Positions 33,520-46,289 are shown, counted from the first letter of the stretch. The stretch: 64,000 bases of DNA from Lama guanicoe (GCA_013239625.1 MU054391.1:4857824-4921823); one strand, 5' to 3'. Translations and numbers: made by a program. Notes: generated by a model from the sequence alone, not told the origin.

Positions 33520-34852
33520 AAAATATCCAAGAGTTAGGAGCTAAATCTGTAAAACGCGTAGAAGAAAACATAGCTGTAAATCTTGACGACCTTGCATTAG
33601 ACAGTGGTTTCTTTCATGTGACACCAAAAGGACAAGCAAGCAAAGGAAAAATAGATAAACTGGACTTCACCAAAATTAGAAACTTGTGTGACAGAGGACA
33701 AGAAAATGAAAAGAGAAACTACAGAATGGTAGAAAATATTTGCAAATCGTGTATCTGGTAGGGATATAGCATCTAGACCATACAAAGAACTCTTACAATT
33801 CAACAATAAAAAGAAAAGTAACTCAATTCAAAAATGGGCAAAGGATTTGAGTAGACCTTTCTCCAGAGAAGATGTGCCAGTAGTCAATAAGGGCACGAAA
33901 AGAAGCTTACTTGCCATCATTAGCCATCAGGGAAATGAGAGTCAAGATCACCGTCAGGTACCTCTTTACTCCCAATGAGGGTGGCTAGAATCAAAAAGAT
34001 AGACGAGAAAAAGCACTGATGAGGATGTGGAGAAATTGGAGGAACAAAACATGGTGCAGCCACTGTGGAAAATAGTCCGGCAGTTCCTCAAAAAGGTAAA
34101 CACATTTAACACATGACTCAGCAATTCCACTTCTAGGTCTGTACCCGAGAGAGCTGAAAACATATGTCTGCACAATATCTAGTACAGAAACATTCAAAGC
34201 AGCAGATTCCTAATCGTCAAGCGTGGAAGCAACCCAAATGTCCACCAGCTGATGGACAGACATAGGAAACGTGGTCTGTCCATACAGTGGAATATTATTT
34301 GCCAATAAAAGGAATGAATAATCGATACAATGAAAGCGACAGCATAGATGAACCAGGAAGACATCATGCTCAGTGAAAGAAGCCGGACTACATGGGTTAC
34401 CTACAGGAAGTGTGACAACTCCATAGAGACAGAAAGTAAAGTCGGGGTTGCCAGGCCTGGGGGAGGAGGGAAGGAACTGCTTCCAGGTAGGGGTTTTTTG
34501 AGGATGCTGTAAATGTTCTGGAATTGGATAGTAACAGGCTGTTGCACGCTCTGTGAATACACTAAACACTGCTGTGTTGTACACTTTAAAGGAGTGAACT
34601 TCATGGTGAGTGAATTACAGTTGACCTGTGAACAACACGGGGTTAGAGGCGTGGACAGTCCGTGCAGTCGGAAATCCCCGTATAACTTTACAGACTCTGT
34701 ATCCGCAGTTCAGCATCCTTGGATGCAGCCAGCTTCAGCTTGCGCGGGGTCATAGTGCATGTTTGTTGGGGGAAAAGTCCACGTATAGGTGGATCCTCAC
34801 GGTTCAAATCCGTGTTGTTGAAGAGTCAACTCTGTATCTCAATTTTTTTAAA
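33520..34852 (+). mobile_element. L1MB-like LINE 3' portion, interrupted by a MITE near its end
   Basis: 'gaagaaaacatag..atagataaactggacttcaccaaaatt..aaaatatttgcaaatcgtgtatctggtaggg..aaaatgggcaaaggatttgagtagac..gtgaatta|tatctcaat'. Confidence 0.9.
34618..34834 (-). mobile_element. Tigger2-derived MITE (TcMar-Tigger), 217 bp
   Basis: TIRs cagttgacctgtgaacaacacgg ... ccgtgttgttgaagagtcaactctg; TA TSD at 34616-17 and 34835-36. Confidence 0.9.
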
Positions 34853-37222
34853 CATAATACACATATATGTGAGAATAGACTATGATGAATTATTATTCAC
34901 AGGTCATTCTAAACCCAGATACAAGGAGTCTATCACCCAGAACTTTTGAATTTCCCACTGACAGCCACAGGAAAAACATGAAGATGACCTCAGCAGAAAA
35001 TAAGCAGAATGGTTTCTCCTTGAGTTAATGACACAAAGCAATGCTTACACGGAGATTTCAGATCTGTTGGTGATTTAGGGGGAGAAATCACATTAGCTTA
35101 AGGAAAATGATGATCAAGTCTATAAGCATTAGGTTTAAATACTCTGCAGATGAATCGGACACGGGAATGTCGCAATCAAGCAGGAATCCCCAGACCTGAA
35201 ATTTTTTGTTATGAACCTGTACTCTTGACTTGAGTAATTCTTGGGAGCAAAGTACAGCGGCTGTAATTCCTGTAAGTCCTGTGGATCACACTCCCACCCC
35301 AGTCCCGGCGTTTTGTCCACATGCTCTCCTCTGTCTCTGGCTTTGAACCGAAGGTCACTTTCTATCATCCGAGGAAAGGAAGAAGAAGTACCAGCCAGCT
35401 TTTCTCAGGAGGCTTAGCTGAGCTGTCAGCAGACAAACAACTTTTTGATGCCGAAGCATCACCTTCGCATTTGAATCGGTTTGTGCTTTACAACCTGCGC
35501 TGAGAAGCCTCACCTGGCCCCGGCGTCTGGTCCAGGCGACAGCACTAAGTTAGAAGGCAGCCCCAGATCAGAGGTGACAGACCCACAGGTGAACAAGACG
35601 TGCTTTTCTCTAAAGTGCGAGGTCCTAACTTTCCCTTTGACGTAACCCAGACCTGCCTTCAGGAATGAAACCTCTGCTTTAGGAACCCAACCCCAGAGGT
35701 GACCTCAGGAAAGTCAGGGGCCCGGACACTTCCAGAGAAGGAGGCTTGTGAGTCACCGAGTCCAGCGTTCCCACCCCTCCAGGAGCCCCATCCAACACGG
35801 TCTTGCAGACCCAGCATGCTGGGGGCGCCGAGTACCAGCCGCAGCCGCTCTCCAGCCCCAGAAGGCCCTGCTGGTTTGATTCTCTTGGGCTGGGCTGCAG
35901 TTTGCCTTGTGTGATTTCCCACAGAGGCCCAAACTTACTGCTTTGAAGCAGCTTGTAGAGGGAGTATACTCCTAGTCCACGTGAAAGTCCCTCGGGTGGA
36001 TAAACACACCAGCCGGATCTAGGCCGTCAGTTCAGCAATACTGAGAGCAGATGAAACCAGGAATCAGCGACCGAGAGATGCGGAATTCTCACCTATGTCT
36101 CCAGCTCCGAGCCTGTGTGACTGGCGGCCAGACACTTTCATTTCTCTGGGGCCCACAGACAAAACACGGATACCACCTCCTCACCAGCATTGTAATGAGA
36201 AGTGCGTTAAGAGATAGTTCATAAGGCACATCTTCCTTGGTTTTTGTTTGTTGGTTTGTTGTTTGTTTTTGAGAAAGAAATTGGCCAGTACAGACACCCA
36301 GGCTTGCAAGCCTGGTGGTGACAAAAGTCAGTGACAATTGCTTTCTCCACGCTTCTCTTCCATCCTTGCAGATGCTAAGGGCGGGGTCCTCTTCCCAGGG
36401 AGCCCCTCCCCGTGTTTCCTGAGGAGGACCTGCTCAGCTCCACCAGCAAATGCACCTTGAGGAAGAATCATTCCCAAAGGATGCTGGTGAAGAGGTGGGG
36501 GGGATGCTGTCAGGAACAGCACGTGCTGAGTCCACTGGCCAGAGTTGTAGCCCCGCCCCAGCCACCAACAACAGGGACCTTGGGGAAGTCATTTCACCTG
36601 TGGGGTCCCTGGTGCCCTCATCTGTAAGTGGGAAGGACTGGAATCCGAGACCCCCAAGGTTTGTCATAATCTCTTCCCCAAGCCCGGACTGTTGTTTGCA
36701 AGCTTTTTAAGCAGGTCCCAGATGCACTGAACACCAAGCGACTGATCGTCCCGACTGCAGTGAGAAATGGGTTTGGCAGAGCGGAAGCCTCTTACGAGTC
36801 AGCGAGGAGATGCCTGGCCACACGAGCGGCCGCAGAAGCAGCTTTGTTGTTTTGCAAGACAGTCTTTTCCTTCATTTCTGGTCAAGAAAAAAAAATGCCA
36901 TCGTTCTTAACCTCATCTGACTGCTGGTCAAGAACCACTCACTCTGTGACAGTTCTGCTACGACATCCTGTAAGTTTCTGGAGGGAAACTGAGGCCCAGT
37001 GGACTGCAGAGAAAGCCCCACTTTGTGTGGATACGGTCAGAGGATGATGCCTCCTGGCTGAGGGGCCGGGGGAGCCGGTGGAGGAATCAGGGAGGGCTGC
37101 CCTCTCCTCCCTTACCCCCTGACATTATAGACCCCCAAACAATTCCAGGGGGCATTCTTGGTCCCCAGCCTGGGGCTGGGGACCACCAGCTCTTTGGATG
37201 GTGCCTACAATTACAAATCCCA

Positions 37223-37323
37223 AATATGAAAACAAACATATGTATGTATATGCAGGACTGGGACATTGTGCTGTACACCAGAGACTGACACATTGTAACT
37301 GACTGTACTTCAATTAAAAAAAA
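37223..37323 (+). mobile_element. Severely 5'-truncated young L1 (camelid-type tail) with TSD
   Basis: 'tatgtatgtatatgcaggactgggacattgtgctgtacaccagagactgacacattgtaactgactgtacttcaattaaaaa'; TSD AAATCCCA at 37215-22 and 37324-31. Confidence 0.88.
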
Positions 37324-38699
37324 AAATCCCAGAGCACCTCTTTCTCACATATTGATAAGGTTGACAACCCACAATCTCTGCCACGTCCACCCCAATCGTC
37401 ACCATTCCAGCGGGAGCCCTAACCTGGACACTGCAAGGTCACGTGCGTTTTGGAGCTTCTGTTTACCTGCCCTTTGTCCTGGGAAGGGATCCACCTCTGT
37501 GGAGAGGATCAAAGGGCAGGACCCCCCCCACCCCGCCCCCGACTGCCTCTCCAGGGCAATCAGGTTTTGTATGACAAAACCACACGCGGAATTCCCTACT
37601 GATAGGACAACTGCAGTGAGCAGTGCAGAGAGAGAAGTCTGCAGATAAAGGAGGAATCTCTCCTCCCTCTTTACGGCCCATCCCGAGGCCGTAATGACCT
37701 AGGTGCTCTCTCTAGTGTGAGGAGCGTTCCAGGCCGACCAATAGTTGATCTCTATGGCCCGTGTCTGGGTCAACTGCACATGAACCAGACTTTGCATCCT
37801 GTGGTCAGTGTATTATTTCCCAGGGTAGGAGAAGGAGGCTGGCCCTCTGCAGACTTTGAAAATATGTCAAACAGAGCGAATCATTTGGCCTGATCGGGCA
37901 AGAATCAGTCTCGGTTTTCTTCTGCGTGTTTCTCTTAAGTAGATTTTGCAAAAAAGGTCTCACTCATGTGATGCGGGACAACTCAGTAAAGGCCAGTTGT
38001 CGGTCCAGCTTGAAAGCCCTGCGCTGCGCCTCCGCGCGGATTAGAGGCTCAGATTAACTGCAGCCAGGCGGCTTCCTCGGTGCGCGCAGAGGCCGGGCTC
38101 GACACGAGCTCGGGCAGGGCCATCTGCAGGGTTTCCCCAGGCTGTCGTTGAGTGCTGAGGGTATGAGAAAAGCCTGGTCCTCGGGCTGTTGCAGCTCAGA
38201 GCAGCCGCAGGGGACACCGGCCAGTCTTCCTTGTCCTCTGCTGAGCTGCCTGGCCCTGGACAAGTAGCTCACAAGAGCCTCGTTTCTCCAGGGAACCCCT
38301 ACGTAAAAGGAAGCAGCAGCGTCGACGTCACAGAGTGATGGAGAGGGTTCGAGGGTCCGCAGAGAAGTGCATCCAACAGGTGTGCCTCTGAAGTCCTGTC
38401 CCTGTGTCAGTTATGAAGACAACCATGCTGAGCTCAAGCAGCTGAACAGGTGTCCCCGTCAGGAAGTTCACCCCAGTGTCCAGACCCACCCCGTCTCCCC
38501 CAAGTCAACAGAGGCTGGCACAAAATAAAAAACCCAAGAGCTGCCATCACCGGCCACCGGCTCTGCCCACACAGTTCATCCCTCACAGCTACTCTCCTGG
38601 CCGTCAGTATTGCCACGTCATGGAGAAGGACATAGAGTCTGGGAAGTTCGGGTACCGGCATAACCACCAGGAGCTGGGTTTGAAGCCCAGCTCTGAGAA

Positions 38700-38820
38700 G
38701 TGAAGACATACAGATGAATGGATATGCAAAACACAGAGACTGCCAGACAGACAAAGCAAACTTGTGGTCACCAAAGGGGACGCCGGCGGGGGAGGGGCAA
38801 GTTAGGGGTGTGGAAAAAAA
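38700..38820 (+). mobile_element. Artiodactyl L1 3' UTR fragment, GC-shifted
   Basis: 'cagatgaatggatatgcaaaacacagagact..aaacttgtggtcaccaaagggga' aligns to the in-window copies at 40318 and 7420-7500 (reverse complement). Confidence 0.7.
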
Positions 38821-39695
38821 AGAAGTGAAGAGAAGGAGCAAGCAGCCCACCCAAGGTGGGAGGAGAACCTGGCGCTGCTCGGAGACCCTCAGCCGCTGCC
38901 TCCCTTCCCTCCGCCCCCGCCGAAGGGAGCCAGCTGGGACCGCACGGCTCCTGCCCCTAGGATGCCACACGGGGCACTGGCATCCACTCCAGAGCCTGGG
39001 ACCTCACCGCTCCATAAAGGATGGGTTGCAAGCAACTGCTTGCTTTGAAGCCCTGCCTCCCAGGGCAACTCTAGGGATCCTGAAGTGATCGTGGGCTCAG
39101 GGGAGCCATGTGGCGCTGGGACTCAGTGGGTCCTCCCCAGCTTCCCCAGGGAGAAGGGCTTTGCTGTCCCTGTTGACCCTTTCTGGCGCCCTAGTTGGTT
39201 GACGTTGATTTCCCCAGAAACAGGGTGGCCTCGTTCCGCTTGGAAGGCTCCAGACCCCTTCCTTCCTCCCACGCGTGCTCGGGAACTTCGGGGCTCGGCA
39301 GACTGGAGGAGACCAAACACTGTTTCACTGAGGATGCCTCCAGCTGAGACGACGCTGTGGTTCCTTTCAGAGCCCAGGAGGAATGCTTAGCCTGTCCACA
39401 CAAAGGGGTAATAAAGTTTGTCGTCAAATATTGAGAAACTTCAGATGGCTCGGGGATCGTGGCCTTGAACGCTGCAAGCCCTCGGGAGGCCTGGGTCCCA
39501 GAGGCAGAATTTCATTCTAATGGGATGCTTTTATAGGTTGTCACAGAGCATGGAAGCTGTAACGACCGAGGGTGAGCTGGTCTGACGCCCTATGCTGGGG
39601 AGAAGGACACTGAAACCCAAGCAGACAGGGATTCATCCAAGGTCCTGGAGACACCGGACGCAGAGCTGAGAGCGGCCAGACCCTCAGTCGATGCC

Positions 39696-40084
39696 TGCTA
39701 CGGCTGAACTCTGTCCCCCCGAAACTCATATGTTGAAACCCCAACCCCCAGGACCTCAGAATGCGACTGTATGTGGAAACAGTGTCTTTAAAGAGGTAAT
39801 TCAGTTAAAATGAGTTCTTATGGGCGGTCCTAACCCAGCATGACTGGGGGCCTGATAGGATGGGGAGGTTAGGACACAGACACACACCGAGGGGCGACCA
39901 CATGAACCGCAGTGAGAACAGGGCCACCTACACCCCCAGGAAAGAGGTCTCAGGAGAAGCCACCCCCGCCAACACCTTGATGTCAGTCTTCTGGCCTCCA
40001 GAGCTGTGAGAAACACATTTCTGTTGGCTAAACCGTTTGCCCAGTCTGCGGTGCTTCGTTAGGGAAGCCCCAGGGCACTGATGT
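39696..40084 (+). mobile_element. MLT1B-like MaLR solo LTR
   Basis: 'actcatatgttgaaaccccaacccccaggacctcagaatgcgactgt..tctttaaagaggtaattcagttaaaatgag..aacaccttgatgtcagtcttctggcctccagagctgtgaga'. Confidence 0.9.
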
Positions 40085-40317
40085 CTCCCCCAGCCGCTTC
40101 CCCGTGGCGTGGCAGCCTTCTAGGGGAGGGGAATTTTCAAGTACCCCGTTTTTGCACAGCTACTGACATTGACATGTCGGGCAAAGCACTTCTAGTTTAT
40201 TACACATATTTGGGAGAATCCCTGGGATATTGTTTGTATCGTGTGGACAGTGATGGAAAGTGGTGGAAATGGCTTTCCAGTTATCTCTGCAATCAGCTCC
40301 CAAAGAAGTCATTCAAG

Positions 40318-40603
40318 AAGCAGAGCCACAGACATAGAAAACAGATTTATGGTTACCAAAGCAGGGAGAGAGAAGGGAGGGGTAAATTGGGAGTTTGGGG
40401 TTAGCAGATACAAATTACTACATATTAAATAGATAAACTACAATGTCCTACTGTATAGCACACGGAAGCATATTCAAAAGCTTATAATAACCTATAATGA
40501 AAAGAATCTGAAAAAGAATATATATACATATAACTGAATCACTATGCTATATGCCAGAAATTAGCACAACATTGTAAATCAACTATACTTCAATTAAAAA
40601 AAA
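40318..40603 (+). mobile_element. Artiodactyl L1 3' end
   Basis: 'cacagacatagaaaacagatttatggttacc..ctgtatagcac..taactgaatcactatgctat..cattgtaaatcaactatacttcaattaaaaaaaa'. Confidence 0.92.
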
Positions 40604-40974
40604 GCCCCTGGCAGAGATGACATCCCTGGAGTGATTGTTCAGGGGGAGCGGTGTGCACTTGTACGGACAAGATCAAGTTCGTCTGTTTGAACAAAGGATA
40701 ACAAGCATCTCATGAGTGTTTTTTCTCACTTCTTAAGTTATGGAAATGGACAGAGAAGGAAAAAGCAGGGAGGTTTCTAAGAGAAACATGAATGGAGGTA
40801 GGTAGAGGAGGGAGTTAAAGGAAACTAGAAAATGTCTCTCACTCACCGATGCATCATGGGAGTGACCAGCATTCTATGGGCAGAGATGGACGTGAGGATG
40901 GACATGAAGATCTGCACCACTGGTGACAGACCTGCAACACGGCGGCCACACTTGTGGACTTGGAGCCACCCTGC

Positions 40975-41150
40975 CTTCCTCGCTCGCTGGCTGGGTGAGC
41001 TCAGGCAGGTGCCTTAACCTCTCCGTGCCTCAGTTTCCCTGCTATGTTTTAAATAGAAATCACAGTAACACCCCTGTTACGGGCAGTTGTGTGGATCCAG
41101 TGAGTTCACGCGTGCAAAGCTGTCAGCACAGTGAGTGGCACAGAGAAGCC
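40975..41150 (+). mobile_element. MIR SINE
   Basis: 'ggcaggtgccttaacctctccgtgcctcagtttccct'. Confidence 0.7.
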
Positions 41151-41389
41151 CTTGCTCCAGTCTCGTGAAGTCAGATTCTGGGAAAAGCAACCACAAGAAA
41201 ATGCAACCAGTGTCCTAATCAAGGGCTCGGCGGGGAGTTTGCTGCCACTGGAGAGAAAGCTGTGCTGGGGAGGGTGATGGGACATGGGGATGGAGGGGTT
41301 GAGAGGCGCCAGCCGTGCACAACCTCTTGGTAGTCCTAAAGCAGAGACTGGGCTGAATCTTAAGATGCTGCGGGGCATCAGAGCCTCTT

Positions 41390-41735
41390 CTCTCCCTGTG
41401 CACACGGGGCACTAGGTCCCCGGCCTCCCTGGCAGTTCACTGCAGGACCACGGGACTAAGTTCTGGTCAGTGGGATGGAGCAGAATGTCATAACACGTTT
41501 CCAGGCTTCAGGCAGGACCCCCTGGTCCCCTGCCCTTCTGTAGCACCTAGAAGTCGTGGGCTCCAGGTGGCATGGCTACGGCTGGACCAGGACGCAATCC
41601 CTGGAGGAGAGCTGCTGGGAGACGCGCTCCACCCCCATCAGCTTCATGTGGGCAAGACACAGATGCTTTTTATGCCAGACCACTGAAACTCGGGGGTACT
41701 TGTTACCAGAGCACAGCTCACCTGTGCACCCAGGG
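41390..41735 (+). mobile_element. Old MLT1 (H/I/J-like) LTR
   Basis: 'gactaagttctggtcagtgggatggagcagaa..ggaggagagctgc..ccactgaaactcgggggtacttgttaccagagcacagc'. Confidence 0.65.
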
Positions 41736-41779
41736 GAATCAGAGGACTGGTCATTGGATGGGGCTGGGGAGAGAGGGGA

Positions 41780-42420
41780 GTCCAGGCAACTCACTTGGGC
41801 AACCAGGTGACAGTGGTGCCATCGATGATGGCAGGAGACACTGGGTGGTGTCTCCACTTTCATCCTAGACATGTGGGTTTGAGGTGCTTGTGGCAAAAAA
41901 CACATGGTGGCTAGAAATGTGCAATGGAAATGACGTCAGAGAAAAGGCTGGGGCTGTAGCTGTGGATTTGGGGTCATCGGCTTCTGAGCAGTGACTAAAA
42001 TCTTCTAGAAGGAAAGTGGGTGGCTGGTGTCGGTGGGGATGTGGAGGGCAAAGGACACTAATAGTTAAAGAAAAAGAAGAAAAGGAGGCAGGGGATGGGG
42101 CAGGGGAGACGCCACTACTCAAGAAGCAGAGCAAGGAGAGTCTGATGAGGATGCCAAGGGAGCAGAGGCTTCAGGAAGAGTTACCAGCAGGGTGGAATGC
42201 TGCAGACAGGGCCAGCCGGATTAAGACCCAAAAGCACACTCAGATCCAGCAAACAGCAGGCCACCAAAAGCTTGTGTCCAACCCAGAGCCGTCCCAGGGG
42301 ACTGAGGGAAGGGGCAGCGGATCCCTGTGGCCGAGGAAAGGGGTAGAGTGAGCATCTCATGGGAGAAGCCTGGTGGGAGGGGAAGAAGGAGGCTGAGGGA
42401 GAGGCAGGGTCAGAGAGATG
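41780..42420 (-). mobile_element. L2 internal fragment
   Basis: 'acagtggtgccatc..agacatgtgggtttgaggtgcttgtgg..ggatttggggtcatcggc..atgctgcagacagggccagccggattaagac'. Confidence 0.7.
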
Positions 42421-43344
42421 AGCATCGACGGGGGAGATGGAAGAATGACCATCCACGGGGAAGCAGCCTAGCAGGAGAGAAGTGAGAGAAGACAGCGCAG
42501 AGAGAGGGGATATCTGATAGAAAGACGCTGACTCTAAAGGAGGAAAGAGTGTGGCAGGAGATGGCGAAGAGGCAACCACCCCCTCCCCGGGCAACTTCCT
42601 CCAGGGGCCTCTGAGTTCCCCGGACGGCCAACTGCTGCCCTGGGATGCTCCGCCCCAGCGCCTACCCTGAGATGCCAGAACTGCGTAACTGCTCGGCCCC
42701 TGAGTCCGGGGATGGCGTCTGACACCACACAGGACTGGGTTCAGCTAAATGATAACCGAGTGGGAGACCCCTGGCTGGGCATGAGGAAGATAACAGGGGG
42801 TTATGACAGTCCCAAACCTGAGGCCTTAGTGGTCCAGGAAGCAAGGTAACGCGGGTTCAGAAATAACTCACCAGAGGCGGTCGGTAAGAGGTGCCCTAGG
42901 AGAGGAGCAGAAACTACACCGAGGGAGCTCCAGAGGGAGATGACTCCCAGCTGGGAGAGACCAGGAAAGAAACAGCTGAAGCAGGGCCTTGGGGTCCAGG
43001 CCTAGTTTGCCGATGCCAGTGTCACTTCCAGGTTCTGGAATAAATGGTTTCTCTCCCTCACCTGGCCTGGGCTTCCTTCTGGTTTAATTGGCGGCGGCAG
43101 TGGCTGTCACAATGGAAAGTGTTTTAATGCCCTTTGTTCCTTGGACGACCAACAGCAAAATGAATCCAAGGTGGTAACATGAGCTGACGCCTGGGTCTCT
43201 GTGGGCATCCCCTGGGATTGTAGGAACAGAGGTGCTAGAGCTGGACCCCAGGAATGGGGACCATTACCTCCCATGCAGTTCCGTCCGGCAAAAATCACAG
43301 ATTCTGTTTAACAGTTGCAGGCCATGTTCCCTTGACAATTGCAG

Positions 43345-43698
43345 GCCAATCCAGGCTGCCATAACAGAATCCCATGGACGAGGTGGTTTAAACAGCAGAC
43401 ATTAACTTCTTACAGTTCTGGGGGCTGGAATGGATCAGGCACCAGCCTGGTTGGGTTCCAGTGAGAGCTCCCTTCCCGGCTTGCAGATGGCCACCTTCAT
43501 GCTGTGTCCTCACCTGGTGGAGACAGAGATCATCTGTCTCGTGTCTTTCATAAGGGCACTAATCCCCTTCGTGGAGGCTCCACCCTCACAGTCTAACCAC
43601 CTCCCAAAGGCCCCACCTCCAAATGCCATCACACTGCGGGGGGATTAGGACTTCAACATATGAATTTGGGTAGGGACACAAACGTTTAGCCTGTAGCC
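43345..43698 (-). mobile_element. MLT1A-like MaLR solo LTR
   Basis: 'ggctgccataacagaa..acagttctgggggctggaa..ttgcagatggccaccttc..aatgccatcacactg..ttcaacatatgaatttggg'. Confidence 0.9.
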
Positions 43699-45392
43699 CT
43701 CCTTTATAAATTACCTCCTGTTGGACAACGAAAACTCCAAGAGGTCAACGTCCCGTCTCAGATCTCTCAAATGATTACTGAATTTGCACCACAAAGGGTG
43801 TCAATAATTTTAAAGGGAGGGGAGAGGGCACCCTGAGCACAACACATAGTGACCTAACTACTTATATAACATGTATTTTTTGAATAATGAAATGAGAACA
43901 AAGGTCAGTAACTTTTTCAAATGTGTTTTTGCATCTCTTAACTTGATTTCTTCTCCCACGACCCTTTGCAGTCACTGGGGAGAAAACCAAGATGTGAAAC
44001 GTTTAAGATCAAGCTAAAGTCACAAGGTCGCTTGTGGAGAGACAGGCTTGTTCCAGAAGGACACTGGTCATTCTGGAAGAGTTCTGGTCAACTCTGGGGA
44101 ACGTGTACAAAGAGAAGAAAATCTCCCCCTGGGGCTGTCATTTTTCTGCTCTGTGCACTAGTTTCCATGGCACAGTGACCACATCCAGCGTTGAATCTTT
44201 AAGCTACACACTCAGAAAATTCCCAAGGGCCAGGAATAGGGGAGCAGGGAAAGCTACATCACCGACAGCTCACCCTCCACCTTCCGTCATCAGAGCCTGA
44301 CGGACTTTCAGAAAGGTGTGCGCTGAGCTCTGGGACTTAGCACACCGCGCTGGCCAGCATCGGCATCCCTTGGTGTCCAGGAGGGGCTGGAGGGCTCCCA
44401 GGAAGTCAAACCCCAACACGAGTCCCACTTTCTACAGACGGAACCTTCCTCGCTCAATCTGAGCCTGGTTCACACTCCTCACCCCAAGACACTGAACTTC
44501 TAAACTTAAAAATCCCATTGGCAGCTTTTGCCCTGAAGCACACACATCGCAAATATTTAGGGGCAGCTTCCGGTCCCCACCCCCTCCGTCTCTGACAGCA
44601 GTTTGCATCGGGTTTATGGTTTGGAGTCAGAAGCCTGTGGCTTGGTTTCCTTTCATTCTAGAGCCAATCAGCTGGGAAAAGCTGTTTTTTCAGGGCACAA
44701 TGGCAGTAGACCGTCTTCCCCGCTAGCCACTTCGCAGACATATGGCCTGCCATCCCATCAGTTAGGAAGTGATTATTGGAGCGGCACAAACAGATTTTTT
44801 TTGTTAAAGTAGAAGTGTGATTTTCTCAGGTTCTTTGAGAACACACACACATATTTTTACCAATTCAATCTGTTTCCCAGCAGCTGAGTGACCGCAGGGG
44901 CTGGGAGGCCAGTTTGGATGTCTGGGAGTCATGAAGTTGCTGTCTCTCGAAGCTTCCAGCATACCTGACCCGATGGGAGGCTGAACCACTGAGGATCAGG
45001 CAAGTTGGCCAACAACCCTTGAATAAGGAGGAAAGGTGGGCTGCGGGGAGAAGAGCAGGCCTGGGGGCAGGGGTGCCAAGCTCAGCCTATGACTCCAGGC
45101 AACACCACCCCTTCCCACCTGCCCAAGCTCTCACCTGTGACAGTAGGGACCGCTGCAAATTCCACCTCCTTACACAGAGCCATGTAACAGTTCTCATCTA
45201 CCACAGGGCCAGAACTTTCTTTTCTAACTCACTATTGCTCATTTATCTCTAAGATCTCTTTGAAATAAAATTCAAAACTCACAAGAGATACCAGGATAAA
45301 GATGGCAGAACACATTTTTTTAAATTTTATTACCTCCCTAATTACCTTGAAAACAAAAACTTTTTTGTTTTGTTTTATTTTACAGTAGAGAT

Positions 45393-45593
45393 CTGAACTA
45401 TCCAATATGATATCCACTAGTCACATGTGCTGAAGTTACATTTTTCTTAAATGAATTCTAAAATTCAGTTTCTAGGTCACACTAGCCACATCTCAAGTGT
45501 TCAAGAGTCACATACGGCCGGTGACTATCATATCGAACAGAGCAGGTGAAGAACGTTTCCATCACGGTGGAAAATTCTGTTTGGGTGGTGCTG
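45393..45593 (-). mobile_element. MER3 hAT-Charlie MITE
   Basis: Collinear with the recalled MER3 reverse complement; degraded 8-bp TSD gtagagat / gtatagac (6 of 8 match). Confidence 0.82.
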
Positions 45594-45902
45594 GTATAGA
45601 CCCACTAGGAGCAAAAACCGTGGGCAGAGCACAGTGGGAAGGTGCTGGAAAGTGCAGGATGGGAGGTGACTGGCTGGGTGAGTAGGATAAAGCTGGATCC
45701 TAAACCAGAATTGTGGGATGCAAGAAGCAGCCAGACCAACCCTGCCGTTTGCGGGGCCTGAGCAGGAGTGCCAAAGGCAGCCCCACGCCCTAACTCCGAA
45801 AAATGGCAAGACCATGATAACAAGCTTCATTGAAAGGATTTTAAAAGTCCCATCTCTCCTCTGCCCTGACTATGACAACTTCTGGATGATGGGAAAGACG
45901 AC

Positions 45903-46106
45903 ATATAATGAAGTGGCACACACTGGGCGGCTTGAAACAGCAGAAATCTATCAGCGCACAGTTCTGGAGGCTGTAAGTCTGAAATCAAGGTGTGGGCAGG
46001 GTGGTTTCTTGTGAGGGCTCCTAGGGAAAAGTTGCCCCACGCCTCTCTTCTGGCTTCTGGTGAAGTCTCGCGATCTTCTCTTTCCTCGGTTTGTAGACGC
46101 ATCACC
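45903..46106 (-). mobile_element. MLT1B/C-like LTR fragment
   Basis: 'ctgggcggcttgaaacagcagaaat..acagttctggaggctgtaagtctgaaatcaaggtgtgggcaggg'. Confidence 0.8.
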
Positions 46107-46289
46107 GGCACAAAGATCCTGGTACGGGTGGCTCCCCAGCAAAACAGCCCAGCCATATCCCTTTATGATGAAGCCCATGTCAACGATCTCAACCACCCAC
46201 TCAGCACTGCCAGTCAGCTTCTTAAGTCCCACTCGTTCAGTATGGACACACCAGTGACCAATCTGAAGAAAGCCTCTGGCTTGAGAGAT

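Noticed and set aside
38476..38703. Protein-looking ORF segment (YCHVMEKDIESGKFGY)
   Set aside because: The underlying DNA resembles a MIR 5' part running into an L1 fragment
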